Positions 40,587 through 51,041 are shown, numbered from the stretch's first letter. The stretch is DNA of 64,000 nt from Candidatus Thorarchaeota archaeon (GCA_048884965.1 JBHLQH010000003.1:99304-163303), one strand, 5' to 3'. Notes: generated from the letters alone by a model not told the origin. Program-made: numbers and translations.

Positions 40587-41896
40587 CCAAGAAGCGAATA
40601 TCTCGACCGATAAATATCGACCATGTCGCTCGTATTGAAGGCAAAGCCGGAATAGATGTTACAATCGATAAAGGTGAGGTCACTGTTGCAGAGATGAACA
40701 TCTTTGAAGGTCCCAGATACTTCGAGGCCATAACCCGTGGAAAATCAGTTGAAGAAGCTACTGCAGTCTTTCCAAGAGTGTGCTCTTTCTGTGCTGCAGC
40801 ACACAAGATAACAGCGGTCCAAGCTGCTGAGAGCGCAATTGGTCTTGAGGTAACTGAGCAAACCAGAAAGCTTAGAGAGCTTCTGTATATTGGCGACTAC
40901 ATAGAGAGTCATGCATTGCATCTCTTCCTTCTAGCACTACCTGATTTCATGCACCATCCGGATGCATTTGCCATGAGTGAGGAGCATCCTAAAGTGCTTC
41001 AGGCTGGTATGAGATTGAAGGACATCGGTGCTGACATCCAGACCGTGATAGGTTCTCGGTATATCCATCAAGAAAATGTGCTAATGGGCGGCTTCGGTAA
41101 GCTTCCATCAAAGAAGGATTTGGCATCGCTCTCACGCAGATTGAAGTATCTACGTAACGATGCTGAAGAAGCTCTTGAAGCCTTTGTCAGCTATCGACCT
41201 TGGCCTGAATCAGAGATGCCGCGAATTCATCTGGCCCTAGAGCCATATGACGGAACCTATACAATAATGGGTGATACCGTACATGCAACTGATGGTACGC
41301 AATTCAATGCAGCAGCCTACAGAATGAGAATAGACGAAACCGTTGTTCCTCATTCCTTTGCGAAGCACTGTCATTATAACGAACAGCCCTTCATGACTGG
41401 AGCCATCTCAAGGTACACACTCTTTAGTGGAGGTATGACTGGGCGTGCGAAGGAGCTAGCTGGACTGTATGACGAGTATCTGGATCCATCAAATCCCCTA
41501 GCCAATAACTTCGCGCAAGCAATCGAGCTCGTGTACTTCGTACACAAGGCATTGGATATCTCAACTGACTTATCGGCCGGTCTTAAGGAGACCGAGCGAA
41601 GGATTCAACCCGAATTCGGGAGTTCTGGTGCGGGAGTATCCATGACTGAAGCACCACGTGGTATGCTCGCATATACCATTGCCGTGGACAAGGCTGGTTT
41701 GGTCAAGAACGTCGATATCATCACTCCTACGGCGATGTTTCTGCCTTTGATGGAGGCTGATCTCAAGAGGACAACTGAAGGACTTCTAGAGCATGGAATC
41801 ACCGATGAAAAGGAGATTGCGCATCGCTTGGAAACAATCGTTCGTTCCTACGATCCATGTGTTTCCTGTAGCGTTCACGTCGCAAAAGTAGAGTGA
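40583..41896 (+). CDS. hydA: Group 3b [NiFe]-hydrogenase alpha (large) subunit
   Basis: RIEG, L1 RVCSFCAAAH, EAPRG, L2 DPCVSCSVH plus a 5-aa tail. Confidence 0.95.
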   Translation: MTKKRISRPINIDHVARIEGKAGIDVTIDKGEVTVAEMNIFEGPRYFEAITRGKSVEEATAVFPRVCSFCAAAHKITAVQAAESAIGLEVTEQTRKLRELLYIGDYIESHALHLFLLALPDFMHHPDAFAMSEEHPKVLQAGMRLKDIGADIQTVIGSRYIHQENVLMGGFGKLPSKKDLASLSRRLKYLRNDAEEALEAFVSYRPWPESEMPRIHLALEPYDGTYTIMGDTVHATDGTQFNAAAYRMRIDETVVPHSFAKHCHYNEQPFMTGAISRYTLFSGGMTGRAKELAGLYDEYLDPSNPLANNFAQAIELVYFVHKALDISTDLSAGLKETERRIQPEFGSSGAGVSMTEAPRGMLAYTIAVDKAGLVKNVDIITPTAMFLPLMEADLKRTTEGLLEHGITDEKEIAHRLETIVRSYDPCVSCSVHVAKVE

Positions 41897-41908
41897 GAGA
41901 AAGAGAGC

Positions 41909-41929
41909 GGCTGGGGGTGCTCCCCCGCC
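41909..41929. terminator. GC-rich hairpin after hydA
   Basis: ggc-t-ggggg-tgct-ccccc-gcc between convergent genes. Confidence 0.45.
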
Positions 41930-41953
41930 ATCTCAGTTTATCCATACTAATTG

Positions 41954-42214
41954 TTAGCGTCTGTCATGTTGCCTGAAGGTCTTAGTTTGGACTCTCTGAA
42001 CCCGCTGACCAACAGGGAACGGCATGGTTGAATCTCGAATCACTGGTGCATATGAGTAGTCATATCCACGAGTTCCACCAAACCCGTCGACTGAGCGAGA
42101 TGACGGTCTCGTCACCCTAACTCGTGCGGATTGTGGTCCTCTGCCAAAGGTAATGCCCGCAAGAATGAATATCAATATCCCAAAGATACAAACCAACGCG
42201 AGATCAAACAGCAC
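41954..42214 (-). CDS. Small single-pass membrane protein
   Basis: N-terminal hydrophobic helix, 86 aa. Confidence 0.55.
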   Translation of the reverse strand: MLFDLALVCIFGILIFILAGITFGRGPQSARVRVTRPSSRSVDGFGGTRGYDYSYAPVIRDSTMPFPVGQRVQRVQTKTFRQHDRR

Positions 42215-42341
42215 AATAGTTCTATATTTCTCCTACTCTACACCCGGATGAATCAGGTATAGTCTGTATGATGGTTCATTTGAAAGAATATATACCTTCG
42301 GAGTTTTTCAGGAGAAAAACGATTTTCCACGTAGAGAAAAG

Positions 42342-42371
42342 GGAGGGAGGGCCTACTAGAATCCTCCCTCC
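42342..42371 (-). terminator. Hairpin plus T tract after the 42378 gene
   Basis: ggagggagg...cctccctcc; minus strand then tttt. Confidence 0.5.
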
Positions 42372-42377
42372 TGTATC

Positions 42378-43451
42378 CTACTGATCAGTGACAACGACTT
42401 CTTTCTTCTTTCTACCAAATGCCAAGTATGCTACTAGAGCAAAGACTGCCGCCAAAGCATAGAGCACTAATGGAATCCAGAGGAACTCAATCATCATAAG
42501 TCGTGACAGATCCCTTCCGTATCCACCGAACTCACTTGGTAGATACAACCACACGAGGAATGCAATGTATACCAATGTCACAATCCATCTGTATTGCTTC
42601 TTCATGTCCAGTGCATACATGTAGGTGAATACGAACATGAAGGCGAATCCAGAGAAGAACATAGGCCACATATCGGTGCTGCCAATGTCTGGAAATGCGG
42701 TATTGAAGTATGCCACGAAGACCGCGTGAATGGCAACCCAGCTTTCAAGAGTAATGATCCAGCGCTTGTCGATGTGGACTGGTGTGTATGCTAGGGCTAT
42801 CTGAGTGAACAAGAGGAACATGTAGAAGAACCCTGAAAGCAGCTGTGGGTCATTGACAGCAGGATGGAACCAGAAAGTATAGACCAGAGCCCATGCGATG
42901 ATGTACTGGTGATTTCTCCTGAAGAACCCAGATACCTGAGCTGTGAATGGCTTGCCAGCTTTCTTCCCTAGAAATAGTCCTCGGCGTGGATGCTCGATGA
43001 TCAAGACCAGTACGAGCATGATGATGACCGAGCCCTGACTCGTCCAGATCGGGACATCTTGAGCAAGACCATCGAATAGGAAGATGGTCTTCAGGAGGTG
43101 GATGGCCATGAACGCTATGGTGACCAATATGACGAAGTAATTAAATTTGGTCAAACTTTGACTGGGAGTCGTCTTGAACTCGGTCAGATTCTTTGATGCC
43201 CAGTAAATTGCTCCCCAAATCAGGAACTGATGGGAAAGATACAATGCCCAAACGATGAGCATACCGACATCATTGCGTGTTGGCAACTTCCAGTAGTACC
43301 ATTCCGCTCCTTGGTCTGGAATTAGCTGGTCATACCACGGCTGTATCAGTGGACCAGCTAGCCAAATCAGGAATGTAAAGACCATTGCGACTACGAACAG
43401 AAGTCCCAATGTATTGTATGGAGTTAGCTTCTCTTTCAAGCCCATTATCAT
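42378..43451 (-). CDS. Conserved-type multi-pass membrane protein (Trp/His-rich)
   Basis: About 10 TMs; WYYWKLP, DGLAQDVP, YTFWFHP. Confidence 0.75.
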   Translation of the reverse strand: MIMGLKEKLTPYNTLGLLFVVAMVFTFLIWLAGPLIQPWYDQLIPDQGAEWYYWKLPTRNDVGMLIVWALYLSHQFLIWGAIYWASKNLTEFKTTPSQSLTKFNYFVILVTIAFMAIHLLKTIFLFDGLAQDVPIWTSQGSVIIMLVLVLIIEHPRRGLFLGKKAGKPFTAQVSGFFRRNHQYIIAWALVYTFWFHPAVNDPQLLSGFFYMFLLFTQIALAYTPVHIDKRWIITLESWVAIHAVFVAYFNTAFPDIGSTDMWPMFFSGFAFMFVFTYMYALDMKKQYRWIVTLVYIAFLVWLYLPSEFGGYGRDLSRLMMIEFLWIPLVLYALAAVFALVAYLAFGRKKKEVVVTDQ

Positions 43452-43544
43452 AGCCTCAGGAGCAACCTAATGAAACTGCTTCTCTATATAGATGATGGTT
43501 TAAGGATTAATTAACTAAAACTGAAATATGAGCACCTACTCCTA

Positions 43545-43895
43545 TCACTCTTTTGGTTTTTGAAGAATAGCTGCTGCTACCAGCTCTCGCATCCTTACTA
43601 GTTGACTTCTCACCTTTTCGATGCCCTCGGGTGTAGATTGGATGATTGTTGTTGGCTTCAACTCTACGAATTGTTTGGTAATCTTCACATACCCCATTTC
43701 CTGAAGCTTCCTCAAGTGGCTTGAAAGGTTCCCAGAAGTAAGATTTAGCTTATTCTGAAGCAGAGTGAATTGGACGCTGTTAGTGAAATACAGATAAACA
43801 AGGATAGATAGTCTTGCGGGGACGAAGGTCTCACGGTCTTCTTCCATGAAACCTACCAGTGCATTAAGCACGTCCCCGTCAAGAGACAAGATCAA
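43545..43895 (-). CDS. Winged-helix transcription regulator (ArsR/MarR-like)
   Basis: RLSIL...FTLLQNKLNLTSGNLSSHLRKLQEMGYV...T..G. Confidence 0.88.
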   Translation of the reverse strand: MILSLDGDVLNALVGFMEEDRETFVPARLSILVYLYFTNSVQFTLLQNKLNLTSGNLSSHLRKLQEMGYVKITKQFVELKPTTIIQSTPEGIEKVRSQLVRMRELVAAAILQKPKE

Positions 43896-44590
43896 CCACT
43901 TCCCACGGTATGGACAAGCAATCTTTCAGCGGTTATCAGGATATAGATACCAAGCGCGTAGAGTCCTCCTATATCAATTAGAATCATCATTGAAAATGCC
44001 AATGGAGGGACTAGAACGATAGGGATCAAGCTCACGAAAACGAGTATCACGAGCACTAGATGTGAGCGCGAGTAATCAGCGGTCTTCGGGTCCTTTCTCA
44101 TTCCATCATAGATGACTAGGTTTCCTATTCCTAGGAGGAGTTGTACAACGATTGGAAAGATGAACACTTGTCCTGTCCCAAAGGAGTAAATCGAAACAAC
44201 GACCATGACGATGGCGAATATTCCCCACATTATCTTCATCAAAGTCATACCTTCTTGTTCTGAAGGACTGGTGGTCGCATATGATTGCGTCAGCGGAACA
44301 ACCAATCTGAATGCGATGATGAAGGAAACTGAAAGACTCAGAACAACGAAGATAACGACCCCGAGTAGCATAAATCCCAAGGCTTCGATGGCCTCGAATA
44401 ACGACATGAAGATGAGTGTTGCAAGTGAAACCCCTCCACCGATTAGAACAAAAACCAGACCTGTGACACGGCGCTCCACTACCGCAGGATATCTATCTAC
44501 TAAATCTGTTAACATGAGCAGTTTCTTCGCTCGTTCCAGCATCTCTTCTTGGCTTATATCATTGTCATCAGAGTATGAGTCATCATTCAT
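43892..44590 (-). CDS. Six-TM membrane protein coupled to the wHTH gene
   Basis: Hydrophobic helices; overlapping stop/start. Confidence 0.7.
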   Translation of the reverse strand: MNDDSYSDDNDISQEEMLERAKKLLMLTDLVDRYPAVVERRVTGLVFVLIGGGVSLATLIFMSLFEAIEALGFMLLGVVIFVVLSLSVSFIIAFRLVVPLTQSYATTSPSEQEGMTLMKIMWGIFAIVMVVVSIYSFGTGQVFIFPIVVQLLLGIGNLVIYDGMRKDPKTADYSRSHLVLVILVFVSLIPIVLVPPLAFSMMILIDIGGLYALGIYILITAERLLVHTVGSG

Positions 44591-44653
44591 ATTATCACCA
44601 ATCTTTTCCCTGACAGCCTGACTATTGAGAATGAATCTTCAAAGTAATAAGTT

Positions 44654-44676
44654 GCGCGGGTATGATGTACCCGCGC
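44654..44676. terminator. GC hairpin downstream of the ABC permease
   Basis: gcgcgggta-tgatg-tacccgcgc. Confidence 0.5.
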
Positions 44677-44707
44677 GTTTCAAAATAGTCGAGGAGATAG
44701 AGGGATA

Positions 44708-45871
44708 TTAACGCTTCGAGATTTTCCTCCCGAACAAGAGTGTGCCTAGTAGCATCATTGCCACTCCAACCACAGCAACAACCGCTAGATCCAACCAGAT
44801 GGAAGGAGTTCCAATTGGTGCACCTCTGAGGAAGAGGGTAGTTAGTGCATGTGTCACGAAATTACTTGGCATGAACGCTCCAATGGTTTGTGAAAGGCCT
44901 CCAAGTGGCATAAAGGTTCCAAAGAACATCTGTGGCATGATGAAGATAAAGGAGATTCCTGTTGCCACATCTGCTGATTTGGAAATCACTGCTGTAATCA
45001 GTCCCATACCGACTGATGTCATGGTAAAGACAAGCACAATCAGGAATGCGAAGGCCAGTCCAGCTACATCTGTGTTTGGTCGATATCCGATGGCGAATGC
45101 GCCTGCAAATATGATGGACACTTGTGCAAGTCCCACAATCATGTATGCAAGGGCTTTCGCAGCAATGAACTCGGACGCCTTGACAGGTGTCGTTGCCATT
45201 CTGTTCAGGATACCACTATCACGGTCCACTGTAAGCGACTGCGCGACAATCATGATCATGAAGATCGCAGCGAACGCGAAAATGCCAGGTGCCATGAAGT
45301 CCCACTGAGTCAGTTCGCTTACATAGACCATCGAAGGGCTTCCAATGGTGATAGGCAAATCCAAGGACCCTGCTTGCGCACCGTATATTGTCGTGAACAG
45401 CACTTGTCGGGTGATTGGAGGGATTGCACTGCTAGCAATCATTGAGCCGCTATCCAGAAACAGTCCAATTGTCGCGTTCTCCCAATTGCTTCCATTCAGA
45501 GGAGAGTTCCAGTATGTTTCAATACTATCCCCAAAGCCTTCTGGAATGATGATCAGTGCATGCAAGCCTCCGTTGATGAGGTCTGACTGACCTGTTTCAT
45601 TCGATGTGTACGAACTGACCACGGTACCGTTGAACTGTGTCAGGTTACCAATGAACCAGTCTGACCATTCGGAATTGGTTGCGTTTGCATCCATGTTAAC
45701 GACGCCGATTCTGAACTCAACATCGCCGCCTGAGTTCATGCCTCCGAAAGCTATTCCAAATGTCATGGTGATGACCAATGGGAATAGAAGAAGAAGGAAA
45801 AGGACCGCTGGCTCTCGCACGAAAGTCTTCAGGTCTTTCTTGAGTAGCACATTGATTCTTCTGAAGTTCAT
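44708..45871 (-). CDS. ABC-2 type exporter permease
   Basis: 1+5 TM layout; DRDSGILNRMATTP. Confidence 0.9.
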   Translation of the reverse strand: MNFRRINVLLKKDLKTFVREPAVLFLLLLFPLVITMTFGIAFGGMNSGGDVEFRIGVVNMDANATNSEWSDWFIGNLTQFNGTVVSSYTSNETGQSDLINGGLHALIIIPEGFGDSIETYWNSPLNGSNWENATIGLFLDSGSMIASSAIPPITRQVLFTTIYGAQAGSLDLPITIGSPSMVYVSELTQWDFMAPGIFAFAAIFMIMIVAQSLTVDRDSGILNRMATTPVKASEFIAAKALAYMIVGLAQVSIIFAGAFAIGYRPNTDVAGLAFAFLIVLVFTMTSVGMGLITAVISKSADVATGISFIFIMPQMFFGTFMPLGGLSQTIGAFMPSNFVTHALTTLFLRGAPIGTPSIWLDLAVVAVVGVAMMLLGTLLFGRKISKR

Positions 45872-46618
45872 CTAGACTCCCTCCCTGAGCTTCTTCCCAG
45901 TCAGTTTGATGAATACCTCTTCGAGGTCCTTTGCATTATGTTTCTCCATCAGCTCCTGGGGTGAACCCAGAGCGACTAGGCGACCTTCATCGATGATTCC
46001 CACTCGATCACATAGGTACTCAGCTTCTTCCATGTAGTGGGTTGTCAACACGATTGCCATGCCATTCTGCTTGAGTTCCTTGATGAAGTCCCAGACTGCG
46101 CGCCTCGATACTGGATCCATTGCAACAGTCGGTTCGTCCAAGAGTGCTACTTTAGGTTCGTGCACTAGTGCCATTACTGTGCTGACGCGTCTAACCATGC
46201 CACCACTATATTCCTTAGCTCTCCTGTCCGCATGATCCTCCATTCCTATCTTCTTGATGAGTTCGTCAATCCTTTCATTTAGGGTGCTCTTTGGAACATC
46301 ATGGAAGATTCCAAACAACTCAATGTTCTCACGACCTGTGAGATGTCCATAGAACGCTGGTTCTTGGGGACAGACGCCAATGATTTTCCTTACATTGGTT
46401 TCATCATATTCCACATCATAGCCGCCTACCTGAGCTCCACCTTCAGTCGGTCTCAGGAGTGTGGCTAATATATTCAATAGGGTTGTCTTGCCAGCTCCAT
46501 TTGGTCCAAGGAGCCCAAAGAGCTCGCCCCATTTAATCTCAAGACTCAAACCATCGAGTGCTGTGATAGTATCGAATCTCTTTGTAACATTATCAACAAT
46601 TATCGCAGATTCGGACAT
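45872..46618 (-). CDS. ABC exporter ATP-binding subunit (DrrA-like)
   Basis: GPNGAGKT, YSGGM, LLDEPT, TTHYMEEAE. Confidence 0.95.
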   Translation of the reverse strand: MSESAIIVDNVTKRFDTITALDGLSLEIKWGELFGLLGPNGAGKTTLLNILATLLRPTEGGAQVGGYDVEYDETNVRKIIGVCPQEPAFYGHLTGRENIELFGIFHDVPKSTLNERIDELIKKIGMEDHADRRAKEYSGGMVRRVSTVMALVHEPKVALLDEPTVAMDPVSRRAVWDFIKELKQNGMAIVLTTHYMEEAEYLCDRVGIIDEGRLVALGSPQELMEKHNAKDLEEVFIKLTGKKLREGV

Positions 46619-46746
46619 TGTAATTCACATCTATGAGAATACATAATTTGTATATAAGACGAGGACTCTGCTTGAACCACAGTCAAGTTTGCGGCGCAAG
46701 CAAGTATCACAAGACTGCTTGATATGAGCTTGGAGGTCTGGTTGGG

Positions 46747-48492
46747 TTGTATGGTTACAATGGCAAGATAATAAGTGTCGACCTATCGACGCAAACGATT
46801 ACAACCATCTCTCTGAATGAAGATCATGCTCGGCACTTCATTGGAGGCAGTGGATATGCCTCTAGAATACTCTACGATCTGCTAGACTTCGACTCTGATC
46901 CTTTAGATCCAGACAATATCCTTCTTTTCATGACCGGACCATTGACTGGAACTCTTGCTCCTTGTACCGGACGCCATGTCGTATGTGCTCGCTCTCCTCT
47001 AACAGGTCTCTGGGGAGAATCCAACTCTGGTGGGTTCTTTGGTGCAGAGCTGAAGTTCGCAGGATACGATGGGATTCTCATCACAGGAAAATCCATCGGT
47101 CCAAGTATGTTGACCATTCACAACGATGAAGTATCTATCAGATCGGCGACTCATCTATGGGGGCTGGATACCAATGAAACACAATCTAGAATCCTTCAAG
47201 AGTGGCCTCTTGCAAGAATCGCATGCATTGGTCCTGCAGGAGAGAACCTAGTTCGCTTTTCAAGTGTCGTCAACGAAGAACGCGTGGCAGCCCGATGTGG
47301 TATGGGTGCGGTCATGGGCTCTAAGAACCTCAAGGCTGTTGTAGTAAAGGGGAGTACAAGGCCTTCTCTCTTCGCTCCTGATGACTTCAGAAACCTCGCT
47401 TTAGAACTATCCAAGAAACTTAGGGCAAAGCATAGGATTCTCGGATATGAAGGTACGGCGATGTATGTCAATCGTGGTATGAGTGCCAATGATATGCCCG
47501 TTAAGTACTTCCAAGAACCAGAGTTCGACGTTACAGGACTTGATGCAGATGCGATGAGCTCTATTCTTACTGGAAGAAAAGCTTGCTATGCATGCCCAAT
47601 CGGATGTGGTCGAGTTGTTTCTATTCCTGGGATTGATGTCAGCGAAATAGCAGGTCCAGAGTTTCAGACGATAGCAGCATTCGGCTCAAACATGCAAAAT
47701 CCCGAGATTAGACAGGTCGCTCACGCAAATTGGCTTTGTAATCTCTATGGTCTGGATACTATTAGTTGCGGCAGTACTATTGCTTTGGTGATGGATCTAT
47801 GCGAGAAGGGTCTTCTGGATTGGAATATTCGATGGGGCGATATGGAATCTGTCTTTCAGATGATACAAGACATTGCGCTGAGGACGAATCGAGGAGATGA
47901 ACTTGCAGAAGGGGCTCTCCGCTTTGCTAGGAAGTATGGATTGGAAGATCATGTTCTCCACGTAAAAGGTCTGGAAATCCCCAATCATGATCCTCGTGCA
48001 TATGCTGGATTGGCTGCGGTTTATGCAGTATCTGCTCGCGGTGCGAGCCATACCGAGTCTGATATGCACACTATCGATATTGGCATTGATGTGCCCTCCT
48101 TGGGTATCCATTCGTCCGATCGAGTTACAAGTGAAGGGAAGGGTAGAACTGCGGCGAAGAATCAGGATTTCCGAGCATTCCATGACTCGATGATTCTATG
48201 TCATTTTCCAGAGGTTTCCCCATCGGATATGGTCACTCTATTGAACCTTGCAACTGGCTCTCAATATGTAGAGAGGGATATCCTTGAATGTGGTTCAAGG
48301 ATTGTTGCTATGAAACGAAGGTTCAACCTGCGGTGCGGACTTACTCCGCAGGACGATGTTCTACCAACCCAGCTTCTGCAGCCATTGATTGGGAGCGTTA
48401 CTGAGGAATGGGTTCCTGATTTGCATGCTCAATTGGATGAATACTACTCGTACCGCAAGTGGGACCGAGAAACCGGTGAGCCATCCGTCTAG
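46747..48492 (+). CDS. aor: Aldehyde:ferredoxin oxidoreductase family (W/Mo-pterin)
   Basis: RSPLTG, ELKFAGYD, IGPAGEN, GMGAVMGSKNLKA, CYACPIGC, GPEF, HDPR, RGASH. Confidence 0.92.
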   Translation: MYGYNGKIISVDLSTQTITTISLNEDHARHFIGGSGYASRILYDLLDFDSDPLDPDNILLFMTGPLTGTLAPCTGRHVVCARSPLTGLWGESNSGGFFGAELKFAGYDGILITGKSIGPSMLTIHNDEVSIRSATHLWGLDTNETQSRILQEWPLARIACIGPAGENLVRFSSVVNEERVAARCGMGAVMGSKNLKAVVVKGSTRPSLFAPDDFRNLALELSKKLRAKHRILGYEGTAMYVNRGMSANDMPVKYFQEPEFDVTGLDADAMSSILTGRKACYACPIGCGRVVSIPGIDVSEIAGPEFQTIAAFGSNMQNPEIRQVAHANWLCNLYGLDTISCGSTIALVMDLCEKGLLDWNIRWGDMESVFQMIQDIALRTNRGDELAEGALRFARKYGLEDHVLHVKGLEIPNHDPRAYAGLAAVYAVSARGASHTESDMHTIDIGIDVPSLGIHSSDRVTSEGKGRTAAKNQDFRAFHDSMILCHFPEVSPSDMVTLLNLATGSQYVERDILECGSRIVAMKRRFNLRCGLTPQDDVLPTQLLQPLIGSVTEEWVPDLHAQLDEYYSYRKWDRETGEPSV

Positions 48493-48562
48493 CCCATCGA
48501 ATCGGGTTTGGAAAAAATGGCATTAAGCGGTAACTTCTTTCGTGGTTTATCTTCGGCTTGAG

Positions 48563-49501
48563 ATGGTGGTTATACTGCAAATACTGGGTGACCTAGTTAT
48601 ACGATTGGGATTTTTCTATGCTTTCATTGCTCTTGGTTTTCTTGTCACACGAATTGGTTCTATCAAAGCGAAGCTCAATAAAGTGGTCACATTTGCTCTC
48701 ATCAACTTCATGATGCCTTTGCTGATCATCGACACCTTGCTCACAGCAAATCCAACCTCAATCCTCGAAGTGCTAGGGATTCTTCTCTTCACCGTATTTA
48801 TCCATCTGTTTGGATTCACATTGATGTATATTCGACTCCGGAAAACAGACATTCAAAAGAAGGAGAAAGGCGCCTATCTTCTAACTGTCACCTTCAACAA
48901 TGGGATATTCCTTCCTCTCCCAATCGCTCTGATGTTCATTGGTGAAATCGCTGTACCTGTCATTGCTATCTATTCAATCTCCCAAATGATCATGCTTGCA
49001 ACCCTAGGCACCTTCATGGGTTCAGCATATAGCGAGAATCAGGATGATAGAAAGGCGATGTTGAAAAAAGCGCTCACCTTTCCCCCGCTCATCGCAGTTG
49101 TCATTGCATTGATCCTACTTCTATCAGGAGTAGCAATTCCTTCCTTCATCGAACCGATTCTGGATGGCAACTCCTTTGTAACCACCTATCTTGCTCTCTT
49201 CGCGGTAGGGCTGAGTCTTGGAGCTCAAGATATCATCAAGAAAAGCAGGTATGTCTATGAAACCATAGCTATTCGTCAATTTGTCGTCCCCATTACAGTA
49301 GGGCTACTTCTAATCTTTGCAGGATTGACCCAGCTGGTTAGCAGTGTCATTCTGCTACAAGCAATGATGCCCGCTGCTGTCTTCACAGTGATATATTCTT
49401 CAGCGCTTGAACTCGACTCAGAGAGTGCAGCAACAATAGTTACTCTAGGAACCTTGGTCCTCTTGCCAATCGTCCCATTCATGCCGCTGTTATTCGGATG
49501 A
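48563..49501 (+). CDS. AEC (auxin efflux carrier)-family transporter
   Basis: FNNGIFLPLP, FPPLIA, AMMPAA; about 10 TMs. Confidence 0.85.
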   Translation: MVVILQILGDLVIRLGFFYAFIALGFLVTRIGSIKAKLNKVVTFALINFMMPLLIIDTLLTANPTSILEVLGILLFTVFIHLFGFTLMYIRLRKTDIQKKEKGAYLLTVTFNNGIFLPLPIALMFIGEIAVPVIAIYSISQMIMLATLGTFMGSAYSENQDDRKAMLKKALTFPPLIAVVIALILLLSGVAIPSFIEPILDGNSFVTTYLALFAVGLSLGAQDIIKKSRYVYETIAIRQFVVPITVGLLLIFAGLTQLVSSVILLQAMMPAAVFTVIYSSALELDSESAATIVTLGTLVLLPIVPFMPLLFG

Positions 49502-49546
49502 GAGGCCCAATGTCAAACCATATATCTCAAAGCGATTTCACTGAAA

Positions 49547-49873
49547 ATGGGTATTAGATTGACAGACGAAAGCAAGGCAGACCCAAAAGAGATCAAGAAG
49601 TCCCTTGATGATGCTGTAAAGAAACTCGATCAAGACAAGTCCGTCAGTGAGAGATGGGGTTCCACAACTTCTGGGAATAAAGAGAGATGGGAAGCTCTCA
49701 AAGTAGCAATCAAAGAGCGTCAGCACGCATTGAAAGAGTTGGTTCGTGAGAAGAAATCTGGTACCATTGGGCAAGACGAATTTGATAGGAAATTCCGTGT
49801 ACTCCAAGACGAGCTCACGGAGCTAGAGTTCCAAGTCTACAACCTGCGGCTTGGTACCGATATCAAGATGTAG
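49547..49873 (+). CDS. Small coiled-coil protein with a helical-hairpin motif
   Basis: LKELVREKKSGTIGQDEFDRKFRVLQDEL. Confidence 0.7.
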   Translation: MGIRLTDESKADPKEIKKSLDDAVKKLDQDKSVSERWGSTTSGNKERWEALKVAIKERQHALKELVREKKSGTIGQDEFDRKFRVLQDELTELEFQVYNLRLGTDIKM

Positions 49874-49884
49874 AGTTGAATCTA

Positions 49885-50946
49885 TCATTCTTCCTTCTTT
49901 GCATGTTGGAATAGCAGAGCTGTTTCAACCATCACTACAATGGCAAGGAACCCGGCGATACCAATTGCAAGAAAGTTAATGGAAAGGTTAGAGGCGCTAG
50001 GGCCACTATCTTCCATAGATGAGGTAAGAATTCCCAAATTATATGTCATAATTGAAAGATAGTCTGACAATCCCGAGAAGAAGATTACTCTCCACCAAAT
50101 AATTTCCGAAGCAGTATCCTCCGCCAATTGAACAGCGAATTCACCACTTGGTTGAAGCCTCGCGATATCCGAGCCAAGAATGATATCAAGGCTCCCATTT
50201 GCGAGACCTGTTTGTACTACAAGAAGATCGGCTCCTGATATGAAGACATTCTCTCCCTGAGATAGGGAGGTGACTACTTCAATGCCAAATGTTTCAGCAA
50301 CGTAGGCTTCTGCAGGAAAGACCACAACCGCTCTCAAATTGGAGAACCCATATTCCTGATTCAATTCACCTACAAGGTTCTGAAATTCCTCTACATTCTC
50401 AATAAAGGTAAGAAATGCAGAGTTCCAGTAGTCGCTTCTTGATGGCGCTAGGCTCTTCAATCTGTCAAGGGTTGCATTTGCGATAGCAATCGCATTCTTA
50501 GGTAACAACCAATATGAATGGATATTCTCATCACCGTGATTATGATCTTGGGATAATAGTGCTCCATCATCATGGACTCCTGGCATGAGAAGCAATTCCG
50601 CTCCAAACGCCTCAAAATCTTCAAGGCTGATGTAGGGAGTATCGACTTGTTCAGCTAGTGACTCCTCCCACGGATAGTGTCCAGTAAGTACAAGTAGATC
50701 CGCAGAAGATGCTGCATCGACGGATGACTGTGGTAGCTGTGCAGCATGAGGTTCTACACCTTCAGGAAGCAATATTGATACATCGACAAACTCCCTTCCT
50801 ATCACATCTACTATGCCTCCCAGCGGTGCAACTGAAACTGCTACAGAAACCTCTGGTTCTATCTGAGCCTCTGCAAATGGTATGAATCCTATTAGAGAGG
50901 TTATACACAAAAGGATTCCAAGTACTAGGGAGCTGCCATTTCGCAT
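49885..50946 (-). CDS. znuA: Zn/Mn ABC transporter substrate-binding protein with C-terminal TM anchor
   Basis: LPEGVEPH, His-rich HNHGDENIH.YW, signal peptide; divergent from the ATPase and permease. Confidence 0.85.
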   Translation of the reverse strand: MRNGSSLVLGILLCITSLIGFIPFAEAQIEPEVSVAVSVAPLGGIVDVIGREFVDVSILLPEGVEPHAAQLPQSSVDAASSADLLVLTGHYPWEESLAEQVDTPYISLEDFEAFGAELLLMPGVHDDGALLSQDHNHGDENIHSYWLLPKNAIAIANATLDRLKSLAPSRSDYWNSAFLTFIENVEEFQNLVGELNQEYGFSNLRAVVVFPAEAYVAETFGIEVVTSLSQGENVFISGADLLVVQTGLANGSLDIILGSDIARLQPSGEFAVQLAEDTASEIIWWRVIFFSGLSDYLSIMTYNLGILTSSMEDSGPSASNLSINFLAIGIAGFLAIVVMVETALLFQHAKKEE

Positions 50947-51041
50947 AATGTCACTTCCGACGTATAATTAAGCATGAATCCCCTGCTAATAATAACGACG
51001 CTAAGGGAACCATGTTGAGTTCAAAGAGGAGGTCCTATTCC

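Noticed and set aside
43500-43520. ttaattaa palindrome upstream of the 42378 gene as a wHTH operator
   Set aside because: Too short and AT-rich to distinguish from chance or promoter sequence.
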